Shown here in pieces: positions 11,898-22,117 of a DNA stretch of 64,000 nt; within the stretch, counting starts at the first letter, position 1; every line of letters starts with the position of its first letter. The stretch covers positions 4,332-68,331 of the forward strand of contig CAMMJA010000002.1 in NCBI GenBank assembly GCA_946497145.1. The letters are read 5' to 3'. The position numbers and the translations under genes are program-made. This stretch comes from an uncultured Mycoplasmatota bacterium. GTDB taxonomy: Bacteria; Bacillota_I; Bacilli_A; RF39; UBA660. A model generated the notes under the pieces. It searched no databases, was not told where the DNA came from, and worked only from the letters and a program-made list of their open reading frames with translations.

Positions 11898-11989
11898 ATT
11901 TCCTCCTACTTTATATGAATAGTATAACATATTTTTTGTTTTATGATATACTAATTTTCAGAAAGAAAAATAAGAAAGAAAGTGATATT

Positions 11990-12934
11990 ATGAATCATTC
12001 TTTTCCCTATAGTGATAGTAACAAACGTTATCACACACTAGATTATTTTTATAAACATAAATTTGCTTCGAAAGTCTTCAAAGTAAGTTTAAATGCTGGT
12101 TTTACTTGTCCTAACATCGATGGAACAGTAGGGAAAGGTGGCTGCATTTATTGTTCCAAATTAGGAAGCGGAGACTATGCCGGAAATAAAGAAAAAGATC
12201 TTGTAACCCAATTTGAAGAAATCAAACAAATGCTTCTTAAAAAATGGCCACATAGCAAGTACATCGGTTACTTTCAATCCAATACCAATACGTATGCACC
12301 CGTTCCCGTTTTAAAAGAGAAATACGAAACCATCTTAAAGTTAGAAGACGTGGTCGGTTTAAATATTGCCACCAGACCAGATGCGATCAGTGAAGAATGT
12401 TTAAACTATCTAGAAGAATTATCGCAAAAAACATATCTTACGATTGAACTTGGCCTTCAGACCATTCACGAAAAAACTTCTCAACGAATCAACCGTTGTC
12501 ACACCCTAGAATGCTTTGTTGATATGGTAAAAAAACTACGCGAAAAAAAGATCAACGTCGTCGTTCACATCATCAACGGACTTCCTTATGAAACCAAACA
12601 AGATATGCTAGAAACCGTCTCTTTTCTCAATCGTTTAGACATTCAAGGAATTAAAATACACATGTTACACATCATAAAAAATACAGCCCTTGCCCAATGG
12701 TATCAAAAAGAAAAATTTCATGTTTTAACCAAAGAAGAATACGTTGATATCGTCTGCGATCAACTAGAACTACTAAGACCCGAAATTGTGATTCATCGAA
12801 TTACCGGTGATCCTAAAATCGATGATTTAATTGAACCAACTTGGCTAATCAAAAAATTTGGTGTTTTAAACGAAATAGATAAAGAATTAGTAAAACGAAA
12901 TACATTTCAAGGAAAGAAGATAAATTATGAATAA
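11990..12934 (+). CDS. radical SAM protein (TIGR01212-like)
   Basis: The CPNIDGTVGKGGCIYC cluster motif is typical of this family. Start set at MNHSFPY. Confidence 0.82.
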   Translation: MNHSFPYSDSNKRYHTLDYFYKHKFASKVFKVSLNAGFTCPNIDGTVGKGGCIYCSKLGSGDYAGNKEKDLVTQFEEIKQMLLKKWPHSKYIGYFQSNTNTYAPVPVLKEKYETILKLEDVVGLNIATRPDAISEECLNYLEELSQKTYLTIELGLQTIHEKTSQRINRCHTLECFVDMVKKLREKKINVVVHIINGLPYETKQDMLETVSFLNRLDIQGIKIHMLHIIKNTALAQWYQKEKFHVLTKEEYVDIVCDQLELLRPEIVIHRITGDPKIDDLIEPTWLIKKFGVLNEIDKELVKRNTFQGKKINYE

Positions 12935-13535
12935 AATAATAACATCATCCATGGGAAACACCTCAATGCCAGATATAAAATTCACAATTCAAAACAAACA
13001 TCAAAAATTTGAAATTTATTACTTAGACAATCAAGATTTATATTTTACAACTTATACCAATTTAGAAAAGACCTCTTTCCAAATCGAAAGAACTGATTTT
13101 GAACTTTATCGAACCTGCCAAAACTTATTCTATCATTTACAAACGAATGATTTATTTATTAAAAGAATGCAAGAAACAAATGATGAATTTCAAAGGGAGT
13201 ATCTTACTGAAATCAATAGAATAAAATCAACACTATATAACAAAGAAAAAAAGACGGTCACTCTCATCTCATGTGAACCAATAGACACAGAAACACAAGA
13301 ATACTGTTCTCTTTCAATCATAGAGCATCAAAAATCATATGAAATGGTTTTCCACAAACCAAAAAAAACAAAAAGTTGTTCTATCAGGGTCAACACAAAT
13401 CGTAGTATTTATAAACCATTGACTGCTTTATTTACTAATTTTTATCAAGATCTCATGTTCTACAACGATAATTATCAATATTCGATTGAAGATTATATAG
13501 ATGTAGAAAATATTAAGCAATATAAAAAACTCTAA
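12927..13535 (+). CDS. hypothetical protein
   Basis: 202-aa ORF overlapping the upstream stop by 8 nt. No family recognised. Confidence 0.55.
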   Translation: MNKIITSSMGNTSMPDIKFTIQNKHQKFEIYYLDNQDLYFTTYTNLEKTSFQIERTDFELYRTCQNLFYHLQTNDLFIKRMQETNDEFQREYLTEINRIKSTLYNKEKKTVTLISCEPIDTETQEYCSLSIIEHQKSYEMVFHKPKKTKSCSIRVNTNRSIYKPLTALFTNFYQDLMFYNDNYQYSIEDYIDVENIKQYKKL

Positions 13536-13544
13536 AATAAAATT

Positions 13545-14867
13545 TCATTTAGAGTTTTCTTTTTCAACAATTTTACCATCTTCTAAAAAGGATACATTGA
13601 TCGACCAATCAGTCATTTTTTGATAAAGATTTAACTGATCATCTTTCTCTAAAGATGAAGTATAACAGTTTTTTTGTAATGCCGGATAAAAATAAAATTC
13701 ACTTGAGCCATCATCATAAAGTTGAAAACTTAAAATTCCAGTGTCAACCGTCTGATCATTGAAAATAAAGTTTCCTAAATTATAGGCGATCAACTTACCT
13801 TTATAAAATTCCATTCCCTGTAAAACATGAGCATGCGTTCCAACTACCATGTCAGCACCACTATCGATATATAATCTTCCAGTTTCCATCTGTACATCTT
13901 CTAATTCGTGCGAATTTTCCGTCCCCCAGTGAATCAATACGACAACATAGTCACTGCGTTGTTTTTCTTCTTTGATTCTTTGAACCAAAAGTGATGGATC
14001 ATAGGCACGAAATACGCCTTCCGTCGTTTCAGTCGCACCAGGCGTCATGATATATTTTTCCGCCCTCGTTGCATTCAAAAAAGAAATTTTATATCCATTG
14101 ATAATCAAATAGTGTGCACTGGCCGCTTCTTCTATGTTATTTCCTGCCCCAATGTAAGGAAGAGAATTTTCTTTTAAAGTTTTCAAAGTACTAACAAAGG
14201 CATCATGACCATAATCGTAAACATGATTGTTGGCAAGTGTCACCATGTCAACACCCATTTCTTGATATATCGAAACATGATCGGGATCTGCCAAAAACGT
14301 ATAAAGTTTATTCGCCATAGGCGTTCCATTTGTTCCAAAAGCAAATTCACTATTGGCAATTAACCAATTTAAATCTTTCATATAAGAAACCATATTTTCA
14401 TCTAAAATACCATAAATTCCCTGGTTTCTACTTTCATAATATGGCATAATATCCCAGTTGTCCGCCAAAGAAACATCACCAATGTAACCAATGGTCACAA
14501 ATTCTTCATTTCCTTTCACCATCGTAACATCGTCACGATTATCATACTCATCCTGATATAAATCTTGTAAAACGATATAAGAGTTCCCTGTTACATCATG
14601 CCAAAGATCAACATCATATGTATCATTTTTCAATGCATTAGAAATTTCTTTTAATGCATCCACTCCATAACTATCTTGCACCCACTGCAAAAAAGAAACA
14701 TCTAAGTTTGCTTGATCATACGTTAAAATTGTCTCAATCAAATTCTCTTTTTTCGAATTAAGTAAAGTACGAGAAAAACCAAAAAGCAAACATCCTACCG
14801 TCAACAAAAAAAGAATAGTAAACAGCCAAACCGATTTTTTCAATTTTCGCTTTCGAACTACTTTCAT
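13545..14867 (-). CDS. CapA-family metallophosphatase-like protein (poly-gamma-glutamate synthesis family)
   Basis: N-terminal anchor. GDVSLADNW, NNHVYDYG and GTHAHVLQG motifs are typical of CapA/PGA_cap. Confidence 0.82.
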   Translation of the reverse strand: MKVVRKRKLKKSVWLFTILFLLTVGCLLFGFSRTLLNSKKENLIETILTYDQANLDVSFLQWVQDSYGVDALKEISNALKNDTYDVDLWHDVTGNSYIVLQDLYQDEYDNRDDVTMVKGNEEFVTIGYIGDVSLADNWDIMPYYESRNQGIYGILDENMVSYMKDLNWLIANSEFAFGTNGTPMANKLYTFLADPDHVSIYQEMGVDMVTLANNHVYDYGHDAFVSTLKTLKENSLPYIGAGNNIEEAASAHYLIINGYKISFLNATRAEKYIMTPGATETTEGVFRAYDPSLLVQRIKEEKQRSDYVVVLIHWGTENSHELEDVQMETGRLYIDSGADMVVGTHAHVLQGMEFYKGKLIAYNLGNFIFNDQTVDTGILSFQLYDDGSSEFYFYPALQKNCYTSSLEKDDQLNLYQKMTDWSINVSFLEDGKIVEKENSK

Positions 14868-15028
14868 ATTGCCACGCTACTTTCCTCTTCATTGTATCAT
14901 CAGTATTTTATTTTGTAAAACAAAAAACTAGGAACAAGTCCTAGTTTTCTATGTGTCACAATGGTAATTTCCTTGTGACATTATTATATTGTCCAAAAGA
15001 AAATTCTTTATACTATTTTTTTAAATTT

Positions 15029-15451
15029 TTATTCACTTTCTTTTTCTTCTACTAACAATTTGTCATCCAAAATTTCCAACACTTTAACTTCTTTGTCTTT
15101 TACGATCTTCTTTTTGCTCGTCGCCGGCCATCTTTTTCCATCGACAAAAACTTCTCCTACTTTACGAGAAGATACATCTTGTGTTATCAATCCAATCTTT
15201 CCTACTACTTCATCTAAATCAACTGGAATAAAAACGGCTTTAGTAAATCTTTTTACAAGTGGACGCATGATGAGCAAAACCAAAATGCTCATCAAAGCAA
15301 AACTAGCAATTTGAATGAAAATATTTTCTGTCAATAAACTGACGAATGCCGCCGTTAAAGATCCAAGCGCAAACCAAATAGAAACCAAATTGATTGTGGC
15401 AATTTCTAAACCAAGCAATAAAACAAATAAGCAAATCCATACTGTAAACAT
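15029..15451 (-). CDS. NfeD-family membrane protein
   Basis: Three to four TMs followed by a C-terminal OB-like soluble domain (GEVFVDGKRWPA). Start at the ATG with a GGAAGGTGA SD. Confidence 0.78.
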   Translation of the reverse strand: MFTVWICLFVLLLGLEIATINLVSIWFALGSLTAAFVSLLTENIFIQIASFALMSILVLLIMRPLVKRFTKAVFIPVDLDEVVGKIGLITQDVSSRKVGEVFVDGKRWPATSKKKIVKDKEVKVLEILDDKLLVEEKESE

Positions 15452-15557
15452 ACTGTCACCTTCCCTATTATTATTATATGTCAAAAAATGATAAAATTCA
15501 ACAAATATCTGTCAATCTAGACAAATCGTGTTGCCACAAATTTAAAAACATATTATA

Positions 15558-16322
15558 ATGAAAGTAAGAATAGAAAGTGGTGATAGTTTGAAACCTAAGT
15601 CACGAATCATTTTAGTTTCAAGTTTAACCGTTTTAGGACTTGGCATGATAGGTAGTGGTGCATACTTAGAACTAACAACGAAACAAGAAAACACCAACAT
15701 CGAAAATGTCAATCCAGACATTCCTCTTGAACAAGAATTGACACTTACGCTAAAAGATATTACATTGCCAGTCAACAGCGCACTAAACCTAGATGTTCAA
15801 AACTATATAGAAGAACCAGTCGCCGCCAATATCTTACAAAATCTTATCTTAGATACGACTAAAGTAGATGTCAGTACAGTTGGCACTTATGAATATACGA
15901 TTACATATAAAGACCAAACGTTTACAGGAAACATTACCATTCAAGAAGAAATCGTAGAGGAAACACCCACAGAACCAGTCACACAAAGCGACATCAAATT
16001 GACATTGAACACAATTTCTTTAAAATTAGGAGAATCACTTCCAACCGATCTTAGTTATTACGTCAGTGAAACATTAAGCGATGACATCAAACAGCAAATG
16101 AAACTAGATACCTCAGATGTCATAGTCAACAAAGCCGGTTCTTATCAGTACACCATCACTTATAATGGCATGTACTATACTGGAACTATTACGATTACAG
16201 AAGATCAGCCGATCAGAAACAATAAGCAAGAAGAAACAGAAGAAGAACAAGCAAAAGAAGAAACAGACGATAACGAACAAGCAAATCAAACAGACGATTC
16301 CAACACACAAAAACAAGGATAA
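15558..16322 (+). CDS. secreted/anchored protein with two ~70-aa tandem Ig-like repeats and an acidic tail
   Basis: Internal repeat (..VGTYEYTITYKDQTFTGNITIQEE / ..AGSYQYTITYNGMYYTGTITITED). Confidence 0.65.
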   Translation: MKVRIESGDSLKPKSRIILVSSLTVLGLGMIGSGAYLELTTKQENTNIENVNPDIPLEQELTLTLKDITLPVNSALNLDVQNYIEEPVAANILQNLILDTTKVDVSTVGTYEYTITYKDQTFTGNITIQEEIVEETPTEPVTQSDIKLTLNTISLKLGESLPTDLSYYVSETLSDDIKQQMKLDTSDVIVNKAGSYQYTITYNGMYYTGTITITEDQPIRNNKQEETEEEQAKEETDDNEQANQTDDSNTQKQG

Positions 16323-16335
16323 TCATCCTTGTTTT

Positions 16336-17277
16336 TTAAAGCATATCTTTCTTTTTTAGAATGTATGCCACAACCAAAGATAGCATGAATGCAATTAGTA
16401 CAAGTAAAACAAACGACATCGGATTATCAGTAAATGGTCCTAGTGGGACGTTCATTCCCATGAAAGATGCCACCATCGTAGGAATAGATAATACAATCGT
16501 AATTCCCGCTAAAAACTTCATGACAACGTTCAAATTATTCGAAATAATTGTCGCAAACGTATCCGTCATACTACTTAAAATCTCGCTATATAAATTAGAT
16601 GTTTCAATTCCTTGATTGTTCTCGATGATCGCGTCTTCTAACAACTCCTGATCATCCACATACAAATCAATGGTATTTCCTTTTAAAATTTTTTCTAATA
16701 CAATTCCATTTGATTTTAAAGAAGTCGTAATGTAAACCAAACTTTTTTCTAATCCCATCAACTTAACCAACTCTTTATTTTTGGTCGCCTTTACCATTGC
16801 ATCTTCCGCAAGTTCCATATTTTGATTGATCACATTCAAATATTTTAAATAAGAAGTCGCAATTTTATACAACAACTGAATCATAAAACGACTTTTTTTA
16901 TACGTATAAAAATCTTTTACTTTTCCCTCTTTAAACTCATCCAACACTTCGTTTTCCTTTAAAGAAAGCGTTACAAAATATTCATCTCTAACCAAAATAA
17001 TACAAAGAGGAATCGTTTTGACCGATGCATATTGTTTTCTAGTATGAACATATGGAACATCGACAACAAACATTTTACTGTCGCTTTCTACATCTACTCT
17101 TGGTTGCTCTTCTTTATCTAATCCACGTTGTAAAAATTCTTTCGAAACTTGTAATTGCTCTGATAGCTTAGTAAGTTCTTCATCTGTTGGCATAACCATA
17201 TCGATCCAACAACCTGGCTCGATATTCGAAATAACCGAAAGTTTCCCTTCAAGATCTGTTTTGTATATTTTTACCAT
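16336..17277 (-). CDS. corA: CorA-family magnesium/cobalt transporter
   Basis: GMN motif (FMGMNVP) between two C-terminal TMs, with a typical CorA cytoplasmic domain. Confidence 0.9.
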   Translation of the reverse strand: MVKIYKTDLEGKLSVISNIEPGCWIDMVMPTDEELTKLSEQLQVSKEFLQRGLDKEEQPRVDVESDSKMFVVDVPYVHTRKQYASVKTIPLCIILVRDEYFVTLSLKENEVLDEFKEGKVKDFYTYKKSRFMIQLLYKIATSYLKYLNVINQNMELAEDAMVKATKNKELVKLMGLEKSLVYITTSLKSNGIVLEKILKGNTIDLYVDDQELLEDAIIENNQGIETSNLYSEILSSMTDTFATIISNNLNVVMKFLAGITIVLSIPTMVASFMGMNVPLGPFTDNPMSFVLLVLIAFMLSLVVAYILKKKDML

Positions 17278-17365
17278 CTACATCACCTTTTTTACAGTAT
17301 AGTATACAAAGAACAAAGTTTCAAGATCATAAAGTAAAAAAACAGAACAAAAATTGCTCTATTTC

Positions 17366-18436
17366 TCAATATCTTTTTAATTTTTTTTGATAACTCTCTT
17401 CTTTACTAGAAGGATTTTCTTTTTGCATTTGTTCTTCGATGAATCGATCAATCTCTGTATAGTCGTATAAAGGTAAAGAAGCAACGGTCTTAACGTTCTT
17501 TAATTGTTTTTCCTTTTCATCACTTGTTTGTTTTTTTTCTTCTAGTTGATCTTCTGATCGGTTTCTTTCTTGCGCAGGTATCTTTGTTGTCAAAACTTGT
17601 TTTTCTTTGCTTTCTTCTTTTCTGATCGCTAGTACTTCTGGAACCACCATAGCAATAGCAGCACTCATCATCGATGGTGCCAAAAGTGAAATGCCGCCGA
17701 CAGCAACTCCAAGCGTCGCTACTAAAGCCGTTCCCACTAATTGAATCGCCTTTTTTACCTTAGACGAAACTGGAATCTTTTCAGGAATCAACATTGTCGC
17801 CGTCGATGCAGCCATAATTCCGGCAAGAAAAGGAATACTCATACTGCCAAAACCAAAAGCCAACGTCGCAATGCCACCTACCGATTGCAACGCCATCTTC
17901 ATTTTAGCAGGATACGTAGGATTAGGTGCTTCTCCACGTTTAAAATTATGATACATTTCTTTTGCTTTTTCTAACGAATTTTTCTTTTTATCTTTATTTT
18001 CTTCTTGCTTCTTTTCTTGCTCTAATTGAAGCTGTTTTTTTCCATCTTGGTATTTTTTCTTAGCCGTAAAAATACCAACAGATAGATCGCGTGCTCCGAT
18101 TGCAAGAACCCACGCCGGCATAATTCCTTGCACGATCAAAGACAAACCAATTCCCCAATTCAATATCTTATCAGCAATCGGATCCAAGGCCTGTCCCCAT
18201 TTAGATTGTTGATGGAGTTTTCTAGCCAAAGTACCATCCACAAAGTCCGTTACAGCAGTTCCAATCGCCCACGCTGGCAAAAGCCATGGAACAGAAGAAG
18301 CAGCAGCAAAACCACCAACACTCAAGTAAGTTACCAAACCACAAGCACTAGCAATTCGCAAAAGCGTAATGCCATTGGGAACGGTCCAAAACCGATGCCA
18401 ATATTTATTTTGATCTTTCCTCTCTTCTTTTTCCAT
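17366..18436 (-). CDS. CDP-alcohol phosphatidyltransferase-family protein with a long C-terminal extension
   Basis: D-x2-DG-x2-AR...G-x3-D-x3-D motif (DFVDGTLARK...GQALDPIADK). Start set at MEKEERK with a GAGGTG SD. Confidence 0.8.
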   Translation of the reverse strand: MEKEERKDQNKYWHRFWTVPNGITLLRIASACGLVTYLSVGGFAAASSVPWLLPAWAIGTAVTDFVDGTLARKLHQQSKWGQALDPIADKILNWGIGLSLIVQGIMPAWVLAIGARDLSVGIFTAKKKYQDGKKQLQLEQEKKQEENKDKKKNSLEKAKEMYHNFKRGEAPNPTYPAKMKMALQSVGGIATLAFGFGSMSIPFLAGIMAASTATMLIPEKIPVSSKVKKAIQLVGTALVATLGVAVGGISLLAPSMMSAAIAMVVPEVLAIRKEESKEKQVLTTKIPAQERNRSEDQLEEKKQTSDEKEKQLKNVKTVASLPLYDYTEIDRFIEEQMQKENPSSKEESYQKKLKRY

Positions 18437-18548
18437 GCTACACCTCATCATTTTAATTATAGTAATGATTTTTTTAGAAAATGTCAAGTTGTTTCAAAAG
18501 TATTGTAACGAAAAACACTTTGTAGTATTCTTAAAATAGGAGGAAAAT

Positions 18549-19625
18549 ATGAAGAAAAAAATTAGAGTATTTCAATATGGATGTGGAAAAATGTCCGTGT
18601 ACACCATGCGATATGTTTACGAAAAAGGTGGGGAGATCGTCGGCGCTGTCGATATTGATCCGAACGTGATCGGTAAAGACATCGGTACGATCATCGGCTG
18701 TGAAGACAAAGGAATCATCGTAAATCCAGTCGAAAAAGCAAAAGATTTATTAAGTAATTTAAAACCAGATATTTGTATCGTAACAACGATGAGTTTATTG
18801 AACGATGTCAAAGATAGTTTGCTTTTATGTGCACAATTAGGAATCAATGCCATTACAACATGCGAAGAAGCATTCTTCTCTTGGAATTCTAATCCTAATT
18901 TGACGAAAGAAATTGATACCCTTGCGAAAGAAAACAATTGTACCATTACAGGAAGTGGTTACCAAGACATGTACTGGGGAAATTTAATTTCTAATCTTGC
19001 GGCTTCTACACATAACATTACCAAAATTAAAGGTAGTTCTAGTTACAACGTCGAAGATTATGGTATTGCCCTTGCCAAAGCACACGGTGCAGGACTTGAT
19101 CTTGAAACGTTTGAAAAAGAAGTTGCAGCAAGCGATAACATCAGTGAGGAAGCACGGGAAGAATTGATTCAAAAAGGAACGTTTCTACCATCTTACATGT
19201 GGAACGTCAATGGTTGGTTGGCTGACAAATTAGGTCTTACCATCACTCATCAAAAACAAACTTGTATTCCCAAAACACATCATGAAGACATCGTTTCTTC
19301 TACCCTTGGTATGACAATCAAAAAAGGAATGGCCACAGGAATGAGCGCCGTTGTCACCAGTGAAACCAAAGAAGGAATCATCATCGAAACAGAATGTATT
19401 GGTAAAGTATATTCCAAAGATGACTTCGATAAAAATGAGTGGAGCATTTTAGGGGAACCAAATACAACCATGATCATCAATCGTCCATCTACAGTCGAAC
19501 TAACTTGTGCAAGTGTTGTAAACCGAATACCGGATGTCATTAACAGTAAGCCAGGATTTGTTCCAACAGCGGAAATGGACGAAGCCAAATATCGGGTAAA
19601 ACCATTAGAAGAATACATAAAATAA
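18549..19625 (+). CDS. NAD(P)-dependent dehydrogenase, DapB-N/amine-dehydrogenase-like
   Basis: N-terminal Rossmann segment (IRVFQYGCGKMS) and overall similarity to the 2,4-diaminopentanoate dehydrogenase-like family, judged from memory. Confidence 0.65.
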   Translation: MKKKIRVFQYGCGKMSVYTMRYVYEKGGEIVGAVDIDPNVIGKDIGTIIGCEDKGIIVNPVEKAKDLLSNLKPDICIVTTMSLLNDVKDSLLLCAQLGINAITTCEEAFFSWNSNPNLTKEIDTLAKENNCTITGSGYQDMYWGNLISNLAASTHNITKIKGSSSYNVEDYGIALAKAHGAGLDLETFEKEVAASDNISEEAREELIQKGTFLPSYMWNVNGWLADKLGLTITHQKQTCIPKTHHEDIVSSTLGMTIKKGMATGMSAVVTSETKEGIIIETECIGKVYSKDDFDKNEWSILGEPNTTMIINRPSTVELTCASVVNRIPDVINSKPGFVPTAEMDEAKYRVKPLEEYIK

Positions 19626-19649
19626 ATAGATCTTATGATCTATTTATTT

Positions 19650-20375
19650 TTATTCTAAAACATGTTTTGCTTCTACTTCTTTATTCTGTTCATAAATGGT
19701 AAGTTTCTCGTCGCTACTACAAATTACCAACAATAATTCTTCCAAATGTTGATATCCCATATTTTCCAAACGTTTTCTTAACCATTTTTCATCTTTTCCA
19801 ATTTCTTTCAAATTTTGATACATGATATTACCATCAATCACCAAATTTGCTGTCAATCCTTGATAAGGGACTTTCATCTTCATATCGTTTGGTGTCAATG
19901 GTTTAAATTTACTTTTCGGTAGAAAACTAATTTGTCCGTTCGATTCCATAATAGCATATTCGATTTCACTTAAATCAAAGTAACCGTTTACTCTACACTC
20001 TTCCAGTAAATCATTTACATCAAAGCGTATCTTGTCCAAACCATCTCTTAATAGCTTACCATCTTGGATCACCACAATAGGAGCGCCAGTAAAAAAGCGT
20101 CTTGCCTTAATACTTTTACTAGTCAAATAAGATACCAAGATAGAAAACATTGCATAAATAACAATTGCTACAACACCACTTAACAAACTAACCTCTTTAT
20201 TGACTGCCATCTCAGCAGAGATATTTCCAATCGTAATCCCAATAATAAAATCAAAAATATTCAATTGACTAATTTGCTTTCTCCCCGTTAATTTCGTAAC
20301 TCCGAATAATAAAACAACCGAAAGAATCGTTTCTAAAATCAAAACCCAAAGGTCACTTTTCATACGCTTCACCAA
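19650..20375 (-). CDS. DUF421 (YetF-like) membrane protein
   Basis: N-terminal TMs followed by the PIVVIQDGKLLRDGL...NGQISFLPK region typical of DUF421. Confidence 0.78.
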   Translation of the reverse strand: MVKRMKSDLWVLILETILSVVLLFGVTKLTGRKQISQLNIFDFIIGITIGNISAEMAVNKEVSLLSGVVAIVIYAMFSILVSYLTSKSIKARRFFTGAPIVVIQDGKLLRDGLDKIRFDVNDLLEECRVNGYFDLSEIEYAIMESNGQISFLPKSKFKPLTPNDMKMKVPYQGLTANLVIDGNIMYQNLKEIGKDEKWLRKRLENMGYQHLEELLLVICSSDEKLTIYEQNKEVEAKHVLE

Positions 20376-20408
20376 TCATAGTATGGTAATATTTTCTAAC
20401 TTTATACT

Positions 20409-22061
20409 TTAAAATATTCCGACGATAGATCCTTCTTCCGTCAAATCAATCGCTTCAAAATTGGCATGTTTTGGTAAACCAGGCATCGTCATGATATCAC
20501 CTAACAATACCGTAATAAATCCAGCGCCACGATAAAGATAGACATCTTTAACGGTAACAGCAAAATTAGATGGTGCACCTAATTTTTTCGGATCATCCGA
20601 AATGGAATATTGTGTTTTAGCCATGCAAATAGGAAAGTTGCTCAACTGTTTCTGTTCTAACTCTTTTATTTTTTGTTTCGCTAAATCAGAATAACAAACC
20701 TCTTGGGCATGATAAATTTCTTTTGCTATGGTCTCAATTTTATGCATGATCGTTTCTTGAATCGGATAAAGTGGTTTAAAGTAAGATGGCATTTCTACCA
20801 AACGAAGCACTTCTTCAGCAAGATCAAGAGCTCCTTTTCCACCTTCTTTATAAGCCCGACTAATGCAACAAGAGATTTCTTTTTTCGCACAATAATCCAA
20901 TACGAGTTGTTGTTCTTTTTTACAATCAGTATCGTATGCATTCAAACATACCACCAGTGGAACACCAAATTTTTTTAAATTTTTCATATGAACTTCCAAA
21001 TTAGCAAGTCCTTTGGTTACTGCTTCCACATTTTCTTCCAATATTGTTTCTTTAGAAACTCCAGCATTATACTTTAATGCCTTAAGGGTCGCAACTAACA
21101 CGACACAATTGGGAGTTAAATTTCCTTCTCGACATTTAATATCAAAAAATTTTTCAGCACCTAAATCGGCACCAAAACCGGTTTCGGTAACCACATAGTC
21201 AGCAAGCGTCAGTCCCAATTTTGTCGCTACAATACTGTTACAACCATGTGCGATGTTGGCAAAAGGGCCTCCGTGAATCAACGTCGGCGTATGTTCCAAA
21301 GTTTGAACTAAATTGGGTAAAAATGCATCTTTTAACAAAACTGTCATTGCCCCTTCTATTTTTAAATCTCGAGCAAAGACAAATGTTCCATCTTTACGAT
21401 AGGCAACAATAATATTCCCCAAACGTTTCTTTAAATCTTCTAAAGAGTGAGCTAGACAAAACAATGCCATGATTTCACTTGCAGCAGTGATTGTAAAACG
21501 TTCTTTACGAGCCGTACCATTGATACTTCCTCCTAAACCAATTTCCACTTCACGCAAAGCACGATCATTTACATCAAGACAACGATGAAATAAAATGCGA
21601 TCTGGATCAATGTTCAACTCATTTCCTTGTTTGATATGATTGTCAATTGCGGCACATAATAAATTGTTACAAGAAGTAATAGCATGAAAGTCACCTGTAA
21701 AGTGTAAGTTAATATCTTCCATTGGAACTACTTGTGAATAGCCACCACCCGTTGCACCACCTTTCATTCCAAAAACAGGTCCCATGGATGGTTGACGCAA
21801 AACCAACGCTACTTTCTTTTGCAATTGTTGCAAAGCATCAGCAAGTCCAATACTAACTGTCGTTTTCCCTTCCCCATAAGGAGTAGGATTCATCGCGGTT
21901 ACTAAAATTAGTTTGCTCATTTTATTTGGAGCAATTTCTTTTTTTATTTTTGCTTTATAAGATCCATAACATTCTAGTTCATCATCTGATAAATTTAAAG
22001 AAGAAGCCACTGTTTGAATTTTTTGTTTTACATTTTGATTTGCAATTTCTAAATCGGTCAT
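20409..22061 (-). CDS. fhs: formate--tetrahydrofolate ligase
   Basis: 550 aa. PTPYGEGKTT P-loop and full-length FTHFS similarity. Confidence 0.97.
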   Translation of the reverse strand: MTDLEIANQNVKQKIQTVASSLNLSDDELECYGSYKAKIKKEIAPNKMSKLILVTAMNPTPYGEGKTTVSIGLADALQQLQKKVALVLRQPSMGPVFGMKGGATGGGYSQVVPMEDINLHFTGDFHAITSCNNLLCAAIDNHIKQGNELNIDPDRILFHRCLDVNDRALREVEIGLGGSINGTARKERFTITAASEIMALFCLAHSLEDLKKRLGNIIVAYRKDGTFVFARDLKIEGAMTVLLKDAFLPNLVQTLEHTPTLIHGGPFANIAHGCNSIVATKLGLTLADYVVTETGFGADLGAEKFFDIKCREGNLTPNCVVLVATLKALKYNAGVSKETILEENVEAVTKGLANLEVHMKNLKKFGVPLVVCLNAYDTDCKKEQQLVLDYCAKKEISCCISRAYKEGGKGALDLAEEVLRLVEMPSYFKPLYPIQETIMHKIETIAKEIYHAQEVCYSDLAKQKIKELEQKQLSNFPICMAKTQYSISDDPKKLGAPSNFAVTVKDVYLYRGAGFITVLLGDIMTMPGLPKHANFEAIDLTEEGSIVGIF

Positions 22062-22117
22062 ATTCTCACCTCGCTTTCATTATACTACAAAAAAGAGGAA
22101 AATAGAAAACGTCCCCC

